Of a stretch of DNA of 10,488 bases, positions 1-6,514 are shown in pieces. Source of the stretch: Candidatus Woesearchaeota archaeon (GTDB lineage Archaea; Nanobdellota; Nanobdellia; Nanobdellales; CAZNIQ01); NCBI GenBank assembly GCA_964573185.1, contig CAZNIQ010000023.1, positions 1 through 10,488 on the forward strand, in the 5' to 3' direction. Positions within the stretch are counted from its first letter, which is position 1. Each line of letters starts with the position of its first letter. Below the pieces are notes generated by a model. The model saw only the letters and a list, made by a program, of their open reading frames with translations, was not told the DNA's origin and made no database searches. Made by a program: the position numbers and the translations under genes.

Positions 1-437
1 GCTCCTAAAGGCAAATCTTCAAAATCTTCCCAGAAATAATAAGGAAAGTAAACTACAAAATAATGTGTTCCAGCAGGTAAATTCTCCATATAAACTGTAA
101 AGTTCTTATAAGAATGGACTATACAGTATGGTACCCCAACAGAAGACGTAGTACCTTCCCATCTACAGGGTATCTGTATTTGTTCTCCGGAAGTTAAATT
201 ATAATAATAAACCCTTGGAAAAGCAAGTTCACAATAGGTATAATTATGATCTTGACAATATTTCATAACATCATTTAAAATTGAATCTGGAATCTCAAAA
301 TAAATCCAAGCTTGAGAAGCATTTTCAGCAAGATTTACCTCATACCATAATCTATATTTCGCATATGTTATTTTCCATGGGACAGCATTAAAATCCAAAG
401 CAAATACAAGAGGTATTAGTAATAATAGAAACCACAT
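1..437 (-). CDS. Hypothetical secreted protein, N-terminal part only (ORF runs off the left window edge)
   Basis: Absent from the supplied track because the window edge truncates it. My reverse-complement translation from the ATG at 437..435 stays open to position 1 (145 full codons): MWFLLLLIPLVFALDFNAVPWKITYAKYRLWYEVNLAENASQAWIYFEIPDSILNDVMKYCQDHNYTYCELAFPRVYYYNLTSGEQIQIPCRWEGTTSSVGVPYCIVHSYKNFTVYMENLPAGTHYFVVYFPYYFWEDFEDLPLG... The hydrophobic N-terminus looks like a signal peptide. It has 4 N-x-S/T sequons and 4 Cys. A TTTAAAA box lies 23-29 nt upstream. No family recognised. Confidence 0.55.
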   Translation of the reverse strand, partial: MWFLLLLIPLVFALDFNAVPWKITYAKYRLWYEVNLAENASQAWIYFEIPDSILNDVMKYCQDHNYTYCELAFPRVYYYNLTSGEQIQIPCRWEGTTSSVGVPYCIVHSYKNFTVYMENLPAGTHYFVVYFPYYFWEDFEDLPLG

Positions 438-459
438 AATGATTTGAGATAGAATGGTG

Positions 460-466
460 TTTTAAA
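460..466 (-). promoter_or_regulatory. TATA-like box TTTAAAA for the left-edge secreted-protein gene
   Basis: Lies at -29..-23 relative to the minus-strand ATG at 437. Confidence 0.3.
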
Positions 467-471
467 TCTTA

Positions 472-543
472 TGGGGCCGCGGGGATTCGAACCCCGGACC
501 TCCGGGTTGTGGGCCCGGCGTCATGCCGCTAGACTACGGCCCC
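472..543 (-). tRNA. tRNA-Val (anticodon CAC), no encoded CCA, no intron
   Basis: The reverse complement folds as a cloverleaf: GGGGCCG UA GUCU AGCGGCA UGAC G CCGGG CCCACAA CCCGG AGGUC CGGGG UUCGAAU CCCCG CGGCCCC A. It has a 7-bp acceptor stem, a canonical T-arm (GGGG-UUCGAAU-CCCC) and a 5-bp anticodon stem. The 7-nt loop places CAC at positions 34-36. G+C is about 74 percent (53 of 72) in an AT-rich context. Confidence 0.9.
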
Positions 544-550
544 TTTAAAT
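544..550 (+). promoter_or_regulatory. TATA-like box TTTAAAT for the permease-methyltransferase operon
   Basis: Lies at -30..-24 relative to the ATG at 574. This is the expected archaeal TATA-to-start spacing if the mRNA is leaderless. AT-rich background lowers specificity. Confidence 0.35.
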
Positions 551-566
551 TAGTTACTATACATTA

Positions 567-574
567 GATTTTAA
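567..574 (-). promoter_or_regulatory. TATA-like box TTAAAATC for tRNA-Val
   Basis: Lies at -31..-24 relative to the mature tRNA 5' G at 543. This implies little or no 5' leader. Confidence 0.3.
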
Positions 575-2370
575 TGTCTTTAAAGAAAGAGTTAACACTC
601 AAAGATATAATTCTTATAACCATAAACTCAATTGTAGGGGCTGGAATTTTCTTTATACCAGAAGAAACTGCAAAATACGGTTTGATCTCAATATTAGCTT
701 GGATTTTGATGGGTTTCTTTTCAATAGTAATGTCTTTAATAATAGCAGATTTAGTATATAAATATCCTAATGCTGGAGGTCCTTATGAGTTTGTTAAAAG
801 AGCTTTTAACTCAAAATTCTTAGGATTCCTGACAGCTTGGCTAGAGATAATTGCTTCTTTACTTATAGTTGCAATGACTTTAACAGCATTATCTATGGAT
901 TTCCAATATTTGACTTCTTTACCAAAACATGTTTTCATTCTATTAATTATTATTCCTCTAACATATCTAGCTTATAGAGGAATTAAAACTTCAAAATACA
1001 CTCTCATAATTTTTGCTGGAATAACGATAATAACGTTAATTTACGCCCTCATAGCAGGAGCTATTCTATACTCTTCTTATTTTGATACCATTATTAAAAA
1101 ATTAAAGATAGGTATGTTAACTGTTCCGATATTCCTAACCATTCTGTTTAAAGTCTTTGAAGCTTATGCTGAATGGGAAGGTATAACACATTTAGCTGAA
1201 GAAACAAAGAAAAAGGAAGATGTAGCTTATGGTTTAATAATTGGAAACCTAGTTATAGTAATTATTTATTTTATACTAGCCTTTTTATTAACGGTTTTGT
1301 ATGGTACAATTAATATTTTGGAAACTACATTGGGAAAAATCCTGATTATCTTAATATTGATCCAAGCCTTAGGAACAATATTTTCTTGGTTAGTGTTTAT
1401 ACCAAGATTATTATTTGCTTTGGGAAGAGACGAGGTAATACCTTATATCTTTGCAAGGCTTCATCCGAAATATAGAACACCGTATGTCTCAATCATTTTT
1501 GTATCAGTTCTAATACTATTCTTTTCCTTAACGGGAACGTTTTCTTTAACTCTTGAAACCCTCGTTTATACTTTATTAATAAATTATATCTTAATTGTAT
1601 TGGGATATATAAAGTTAAAATTAAAGGATGAAAAGGGATTTATACCAAAGAAGTTGGGATTGCTTTTAGGATTTACAGCATTAATCGTTTTATTTATACT
1701 TGCCAGCATCAAATTAGAATATTTACCTTTGATATTTGTGTTTATAGTATTGGGAATCACTTTTTATTTAACTTATTTGATTAGAGCTCACTATAAACTA
1801 ATAGAATTTGTACATGGGAAAACGTCTTTTATCTTAGATATTTTATCTCATTTCTGGATGAAAGATAAGTACATAAATGATATAATTCTGTATATTTCTC
1901 CCTTGGAGAATAAAAAAATATTAGATTTTGGATGCGGTCCTGGAAAGCTTTCCATTGAAATAGCTAAGAGATGTAAAAACTGCATAGTTTTTGCTTCAGA
2001 TATATCACCTGAAATGCTTAGAAGAGTTAGAGAAAAAGTAGAAAAAGAAGGTATTCATAATATTATTTTAATTTTAGAGAAAAAAGATAGAATAAATCCA
2101 CATTTCAAAGAATACTTTGATGCTATAGTTTCTATAGGTGTGCTAGGTTATATTATAAACCCGGAGATCTTCTTAGAAAACTTATCAAGGGCTTTAAAGA
2201 AAAAGGGAAAATTTATGTTTATAGAATTTGATAATGTATTTAAGATTTTTAGAGCACCAAAGTGGATATTTAACAAAGAACTTTGGGAAAAATATGGATT
2301 AAAAGTTGAATATTTAAAGGAGAAAGAGCTATTTTGGGATGTAATTTATGTCTATGGAGAGAAAGTATGA
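574..2370 (+). CDS. Fusion protein: N-terminal APC-superfamily amino acid/polyamine permease, C-terminal class I SAM-dependent methyltransferase
   Basis: Single uninterrupted 598-codon ORF. Residues 1 to about 425 form about a dozen hydrophobic helices with an N-terminal NSIVGAGIFFIPEE signature typical of APC permeases. Residues 429-598 carry class I methyltransferase motifs: motif I ILDFGCGPGKLS, post-I FASDIS, motif II FDAIVSIGVL and motif III KKGKFMFIEF. A TTTAAAT box lies 30 nt upstream of the ATG. Confidence 0.8.
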   Translation: MSLKKELTLKDIILITINSIVGAGIFFIPEETAKYGLISILAWILMGFFSIVMSLIIADLVYKYPNAGGPYEFVKRAFNSKFLGFLTAWLEIIASLLIVAMTLTALSMDFQYLTSLPKHVFILLIIIPLTYLAYRGIKTSKYTLIIFAGITIITLIYALIAGAILYSSYFDTIIKKLKIGMLTVPIFLTILFKVFEAYAEWEGITHLAEETKKKEDVAYGLIIGNLVIVIIYFILAFLLTVLYGTINILETTLGKILIILILIQALGTIFSWLVFIPRLLFALGRDEVIPYIFARLHPKYRTPYVSIIFVSVLILFFSLTGTFSLTLETLVYTLLINYILIVLGYIKLKLKDEKGFIPKKLGLLLGFTALIVLFILASIKLEYLPLIFVFIVLGITFYLTYLIRAHYKLIEFVHGKTSFILDILSHFWMKDKYINDIILYISPLENKKILDFGCGPGKLSIEIAKRCKNCIVFASDISPEMLRRVREKVEKEGIHNIILILEKKDRINPHFKEYFDAIVSIGVLGYIINPEIFLENLSRALKKKGKFMFIEFDNVFKIFRAPKWIFNKELWEKYGLKVEYLKEKELFWDVIYVYGEKV

Positions 2371-3115
2371 GATAGTAATAGTAAAGGAAAATGAAGAAGA
2401 GTATATTAAAGTAGCTAAAAAACTTGGGGTTAAGGATTTAGTAATGCTCTATGAGGTAAATAAACTTTCTGATTTGTCTATATTCTTAGATTACAAAAAA
2501 CCTTATGATATAAACATTTATTTAGGAGCGTTAATAAGAACGAATAACAAAAAAAGAATTAGAAGGCTAGCTGTAGAGTTGTATTATAATAAAAATTTGT
2601 TTAATGATTTAATTGTTGTAGAAGCTTCTTCTCCAGATATAGTAAGATACGTTTCGGATTTAAGGTTTGTGAATATCGTAATTAATGTTGAATGGTTAGC
2701 GCAAGAGGATCATTTGCATTATAGGAAATCTGGATTAAATCATATCGTTGCTAGAAGATTAAAAGAAAATAATATTGCTTTAGGAATTCCATTCGCAAAA
2801 TTAATTAACACAGAGCTTTACCTTAAAGGAAAAGTTTTTGGGAGGATTTTGCAGAATATTCAGAAATTATATAAAAAATACAGGTTTAAAATAATTATAG
2901 CCTCATTTGCTGAAGATCCTTATTTAATGAGAAGACCTGAGGATTTAATTTCTTTAGGAAGGGTATTAGGTTTAAATTATCATGAAGCTTTAGAAGCTGT
3001 AAGTAAAAATATTGAGGAACAAATGAAAAGAATAAGAGAAGTTAAAGATCCTACAACATTGGGAATAGGATTTAAGATAGTTAGATATCCATTTGAAGAT
3101 TATGAAGATTATTAA
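2348..3115 (+). CDS. rnp3: RNase P protein component 3 (Rpp30/Rnp3 family)
   Basis: 255-aa ORF overlapping the upstream gene by 23 nt (an alternative Met lies at 2354). The segments VVEASSPDIVRYV, GLNHIVARRLKENNIALGIPFAKLI, FKIIIASFAEDPYLMRRPEDLISLGRVLGL and EALEAVS follow the pattern I recall for archaeal Rpp30 (TIM-barrel, PHP-like). For comparison, Pyrococcus Rpp30 has ...DHVLAK....NVALGF... and ...RYPRDLISLGVVIGM... Assigned by eye from memory, not by search. Confidence 0.7.
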   Translation: MSMERKYEIVIVKENEEEYIKVAKKLGVKDLVMLYEVNKLSDLSIFLDYKKPYDINIYLGALIRTNNKKRIRRLAVELYYNKNLFNDLIVVEASSPDIVRYVSDLRFVNIVINVEWLAQEDHLHYRKSGLNHIVARRLKENNIALGIPFAKLINTELYLKGKVFGRILQNIQKLYKKYRFKIIIASFAEDPYLMRRPEDLISLGRVLGLNYHEALEAVSKNIEEQMKRIREVKDPTTLGIGFKIVRYPFEDYEDY

Positions 3116-4229
3116 AATTAAAGAAGGTTCTGCTGAAATTTTAGTTCCTGAGGAAACTTTAAAGAAGCCCTATACTGCTGTTGACGTCTTTTATAATCCA
3201 AGGATGAGAATAAATAGAGATATTTCTGTTTTGGTATTACAGGCTCATAAGAATATTGTAGGTAGAAAATTAAAGATTTTGGATGCAATGGCTGCTACAG
3301 GAATAAGATCTATAAGATTTCTTAAGGAAACAGATGCAGTTGAAGAAATAATAATAAATGATTTGAATCCAAAAGCTGTTGAATTTATTAAAAGGAACTT
3401 AGAGATAAACAAAATTGAAATTAATGAAAAAATAAGAGTTGAAAATAAAGATTGCCTAGAAATAATGTTAAAAGAGAAATTTGATTATATTGAAATAGAT
3501 CCATATGGGACTCCTGTACCATTTTTGGATTTAGCTGTTAGATCTTTAAGAAGAGGTGGTATCCTTTCTGTAACTGCTACAGATGTTGCTGCTTTAACAG
3601 GAGCAAGAGAAAAAGCTTTGAGAAGGAAATATCAGGTTATAGGTTTTAAAACGGATTTCTTTTACGAATTTGGATTAAGAGTATTAGCTAAAAAAATAAT
3701 AGAAATAGGTGCACAATATGATTTCGCATTAGTTCCAATCTTTGGATACTACAAAGAACACCATTACAAAATATTCTTTGTAAAGAAAGGTAGTCAAAAG
3801 CTGGCTAATGAACTTTTAGAAAATATCCGATTCATAAGTTATTGTGAAAAATGTATGTATCGTGAAATAGACGTGAACACTAAATGTAAAGTTTGTGGAA
3901 GTTCTATGAAAATTTTAGGACCAATATATACAGGTCCTTTATGGGATGAAAAATACGTGAACGAAATGTTGAGGATAGATAACCCCTACATTTCAGAAGA
4001 AACAAGGGAATTATTAAATAAAATAAAAGAAGAAATGAAGTTTAAAACCCCGTGGTATTATGATTTAAGATTCTTTGCTAAAAAATATAAATACAAGGAA
4101 TTAAAGAAAATAGAGTACTATTTACAGAAATTAGAGGGAGTTCGAACGCATTTTTCAAATCTAGGAATAAAAACTGATAAAGATCCTTATGATGTAATTA
4201 AAATCTTGTCAGAAGAGGCTATCAAGTGA
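3093..4229 (+). CDS. trm1: tRNA (guanine(26)-N2)-dimethyltransferase Trm1
   Basis: 378 aa with hallmark Trm1 motifs: VFYNPRMRINRDISVLVL, ILDAMAATGIRSIRFLKE (SAM site), IIINDLNPKAVEFIKRNL, IEIDPYGTPVPFLDLAVRSL and GGILSVTATDVAALTG. The C-terminal domain has a CxxC...CxxC pair (CEKC, CKVC). The start could be M4 at 3102. Overlaps the rnp3 stop. Confidence 0.9.
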   Translation: MKIMKIIKIKEGSAEILVPEETLKKPYTAVDVFYNPRMRINRDISVLVLQAHKNIVGRKLKILDAMAATGIRSIRFLKETDAVEEIIINDLNPKAVEFIKRNLEINKIEINEKIRVENKDCLEIMLKEKFDYIEIDPYGTPVPFLDLAVRSLRRGGILSVTATDVAALTGAREKALRRKYQVIGFKTDFFYEFGLRVLAKKIIEIGAQYDFALVPIFGYYKEHHYKIFFVKKGSQKLANELLENIRFISYCEKCMYREIDVNTKCKVCGSSMKILGPIYTGPLWDEKYVNEMLRIDNPYISEETRELLNKIKEEMKFKTPWYYDLRFFAKKYKYKELKKIEYYLQKLEGVRTHFSNLGIKTDKDPYDVIKILSEEAIK

Positions 4230-4735
4230 TTGTAATAAGAGCTTAAATAATACTTTGAAAAAAGAGTTGTGATATTTGTATAAAAAGTCCATTCACTGGG
4301 AAATGCTGAAAATAAGAATACACCAGTAACATATATCCCACTCTTCCTTATTGTAGAATGATTAGCGCTTGAATAAAAATAGATGATATCAATACTTTTA
4401 TTGGTCCCTATAACAAGATGCGTTTTATTTTCCCTACAATCTAATTCAATTTGCGAGCAGGATATGTTTAAATCTTGGATATTTTTTGAAAGAATAAACA
4501 TCGAATAATTATCCATATAATATATTTTGACTGGAACTGCAAATAAGAATTCTGGATACTTATAATATCTGCTATATAATTCCTTAAGTTTATAAAGTGT
4601 AATAAAATCTAAAACTATGTCGTTCTTTTTAAAGAAATCTACGTATTCAAAGAATTTTTGTTGCAAGGAATATATCATTGTGAGCAAAACTATTGAAAGC
4701 AAAATTATTGATAATACTTGAAATTGGGCTTTCAT
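4187..4735 (-). CDS. Hypothetical secreted/surface protein with pilin-like (class III type) N-terminus
   Basis: 182-codon ORF. Its ATG overlaps the upstream gene's stop in an ATGA (4732-4735). The N-terminus MKA/QFQVLSIILLSIVLLTMIY is a short basic head, then A-Q, then a hydrophobic helix, as in archaeal prepilin-peptidase substrates. It has 6 N-x-S/T sequons and 2 Cys. No family recognised. Confidence 0.65.
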   Translation of the reverse strand: MKAQFQVLSIILLSIVLLTMIYSLQQKFFEYVDFFKKNDIVLDFITLYKLKELYSRYYKYPEFLFAVPVKIYYMDNYSMFILSKNIQDLNISCSQIELDCRENKTHLVIGTNKSIDIIYFYSSANHSTIRKSGIYVTGVFLFSAFPSEWTFYTNITTLFSKYYLSSYYNHLIASSDKILITS

Positions 4736-5559
4736 TTGGAAATAAGTATATACAGATTTCTATATTTTATAGGTATTACTTCTTTGTTTTCTATACCTGA
4801 TACAGTTGTAATATTCAAAGCTTCTAAGGGAAAGTAGATAGTTCCATAATTGGAAGAAATGTTACATACATTATTATTTCCTTCTCCAAGAATAACATAC
4901 GCGTAACCAGTATAATTAATAAAAACAACCTTTAAATTTGTGGTAGTAATATTTATTAAAGTAGCTGTTGTAAAAGTAAAATTGTCATAATTAGTGAAGA
5001 AACTTACATTGATGGGCACATTTTTTAAAACATATATTATTTTGCTTTTGGTATAAAAACATGTTTTATCATTCTTCTTAAAGAAAGGGAGAAGGTTATA
5101 GTAACCGTCAAAAACTAATGAGACATTTGTGATGTTTGTACATACAAATCCCGTTGAATTCAATCTGTATACATAGGCAACTACACTTTTATTTATACAT
5201 GAAAAGATTTCTTTTCCATTTAGATCGATAACTTTATAATTTGATGGTATTGGTAAAACAATGTATCCTCTTTTAACATAAATAGGGTACATGTATCCTA
5301 CGCTAACATTAAAGCTCAGAGGTAAATGATTAAGTACAAAATTTATTGCGAAATCATTGTATTTTATCAAAGAATCCATTATAAATTTGCTTTTTAATAA
5401 TTCTAACAAGTTATATGTTTTAATAATTGTTTCCCAATGAATAGAAGGATAATTAAAGGAAAGGGAGCTAGTATATGTGAGGACAAAGAACAGAAAGAGG
5501 GGAATAAAGAGCCATTCTAAAAGAGCTACTACCATAAGTATTTTATTTTTGTTGTTCAT
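4732..5559 (-). CDS. Hypothetical membrane-anchored or secreted glycoprotein candidate
   Basis: 275-codon ORF. The N-terminus MNNKNKILMVVALLEWLFIPLFLFFVLTY is a basic head plus a hydrophobic helix. The ectodomain is rich in Y/N/I/V with 11 N-x-S/T sequons and 4 Cys. It is translationally coupled to the downstream ORF. An alternative start is M9 at 5535. No family recognised. Confidence 0.65.
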   Translation of the reverse strand: MNNKNKILMVVALLEWLFIPLFLFFVLTYTSSLSFNYPSIHWETIIKTYNLLELLKSKFIMDSLIKYNDFAINFVLNHLPLSFNVSVGYMYPIYVKRGYIVLPIPSNYKVIDLNGKEIFSCINKSVVAYVYRLNSTGFVCTNITNVSLVFDGYYNLLPFFKKNDKTCFYTKSKIIYVLKNVPINVSFFTNYDNFTFTTATLINITTTNLKVVFINYTGYAYVILGEGNNNVCNISSNYGTIYFPLEALNITTVSGIENKEVIPIKYRNLYILISK

Positions 5560-5568
5560 AAAAAGCTA

Positions 5569-6402
5569 ATGATTGAATTGCTAAAGAAATACGCAAAAAT
5601 ATTTTTCATATTAAGTATTGCAATTTGGGCTTTCTTTTCAGGAATTATTATTTACACGAAGATAAAAACAGGAGATTGGTTTTACAAAGATTTGACTTTA
5701 GCTGGCGGAAAGAGCATTTTAATAGAGTATACTGGAAAAATAAATGTAAATAGCATAGAAAATATTTTGAGAAAAGAGTTTGGAAATGTTTATGTAAGAG
5801 AAATAACGAATATTTATAACCAACCTATTGCTATAAAGATCGATCTTCCTTATAATGCAAATGTAACTAAAGTACTTGAAGTCTTACAAAAATTTATTCA
5901 AATAAAATCTTATTCTGTATACGAATTCTCTCCTTTATTAACTACTGAATTAAGAGCCTTGCTGTATTCGATAATTCTAGCACTAGCTTTCATAAGCGCT
6001 GTAATCTTTCTAAGAATAAGAAAAATGTTACCCTCTATAACAATTATACTATCTGTAATTTATGATTTAACAAATACTCTTGGTTTGTTTGACTTACTAA
6101 AGATACCTGTTTCTTTAATGACAATCGGTGCTTTTTTAATGATCATAGGTTATGCTATAGATAATAATATCGTTTTAGCGACATACTATTTTAGGGATAA
6201 AGATCTAAAGAGAGGTTTAATTACCGGCTGGACTATGTGGGGTACTACAGTAGCTGCTTTGTTAGCAGTACTCTTATTTGTTAAACAATATGTTGTTCAA
6301 CAATTAGTACTAGCACTCTTTGTTGCAGAAATATTCGATTTCATAGCATTTACATTCCTGAATACGTCTATCTATATTTTATTTGGAGAGAAGTTTAAAT
6401 GA
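5569..6402 (+). CDS. secF: Protein-export membrane protein SecF (SecD/SecF family)
   Basis: 277 aa. It has an N-terminal TM helix, then a roughly 100-aa extracytoplasmic domain starting with a DLTLAGGKS motif (compare the GxDFxGG motif of SecF). The C-terminal block has about 5 TM helices and the SecDF/RND-type signature MIIGYAIDNNIVLATYYFRD. The size fits archaeal SecF better than SecD. Confidence 0.7.
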   Translation: MIELLKKYAKIFFILSIAIWAFFSGIIIYTKIKTGDWFYKDLTLAGGKSILIEYTGKINVNSIENILRKEFGNVYVREITNIYNQPIAIKIDLPYNANVTKVLEVLQKFIQIKSYSVYEFSPLLTTELRALLYSIILALAFISAVIFLRIRKMLPSITIILSVIYDLTNTLGLFDLLKIPVSLMTIGAFLMIIGYAIDNNIVLATYYFRDKDLKRGLITGWTMWGTTVAALLAVLLFVKQYVVQQLVLALFVAEIFDFIAFTFLNTSIYILFGEKFK

Positions 6403-6403
6403 T

Positions 6404-6477
6404 TGGACCCGCCGGGATTTGAACCCGGGGCCTCCGCCTAGCCAGGGCGGCGCTCTACCAGGCTGAGCTACGGGCCC
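6404..6477 (-). tRNA. tRNA-Ala (anticodon GGC), no encoded CCA, no intron
   Basis: The reverse complement folds as GGGCCCG UA GCUC AGCCUGGUA GAGC G CCGCC CUGGCUA GGCGG AGGCC CCGGG UUCAAAU CCCGG CGGGUCC A. The acceptor stem has the G3:U70 alanine identity pair (U70 at position 6407). The anticodon GGC lies at 6443..6441. The 3' end lies 2 nt from the secF stop codon. Confidence 0.92.
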
Positions 6478-6503
6478 AAGTAATTATTACTATTTTTTGT
6501 AAG

Positions 6504-6510
6504 CTTTAAA
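6504..6510 (-). promoter_or_regulatory. TATA-like box TTTAAAG for tRNA-Ala
   Basis: Lies at -33..-27 relative to the tRNA 5' G at 6477. It overlaps the T-run that follows the upstream sRNA. Confidence 0.3.
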
Positions 6511-6512
6511 AA
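6508..6512 (-). terminator. T5 run following the candidate H/ACA sRNA
   Basis: The minus strand reads ...GGGUC ACA AC UUUUU. Oligo-T runs are the usual archaeal termination signal. Read-through into tRNA-Ala cannot be excluded. Confidence 0.35.
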
Positions 6513-6514
6513 GT

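Noticed and set aside
2317-2322. AAGGAG as a ribosome-binding site for rnp3
   Set aside because: It lies 25 nt upstream of the ATG at 2348, too far for SD function. It is simply coding sequence (KE) of the upstream gene.
2348-3115. Identical 23-nt overlaps at both operon junctions as a sign of programmed frameshifting or a repeated element
   Set aside because: The overlapped sequences are unrelated, there are no slippery heptamers, and nearby in-frame Mets give different overlap lengths. The match is a coincidence of ORF calling.
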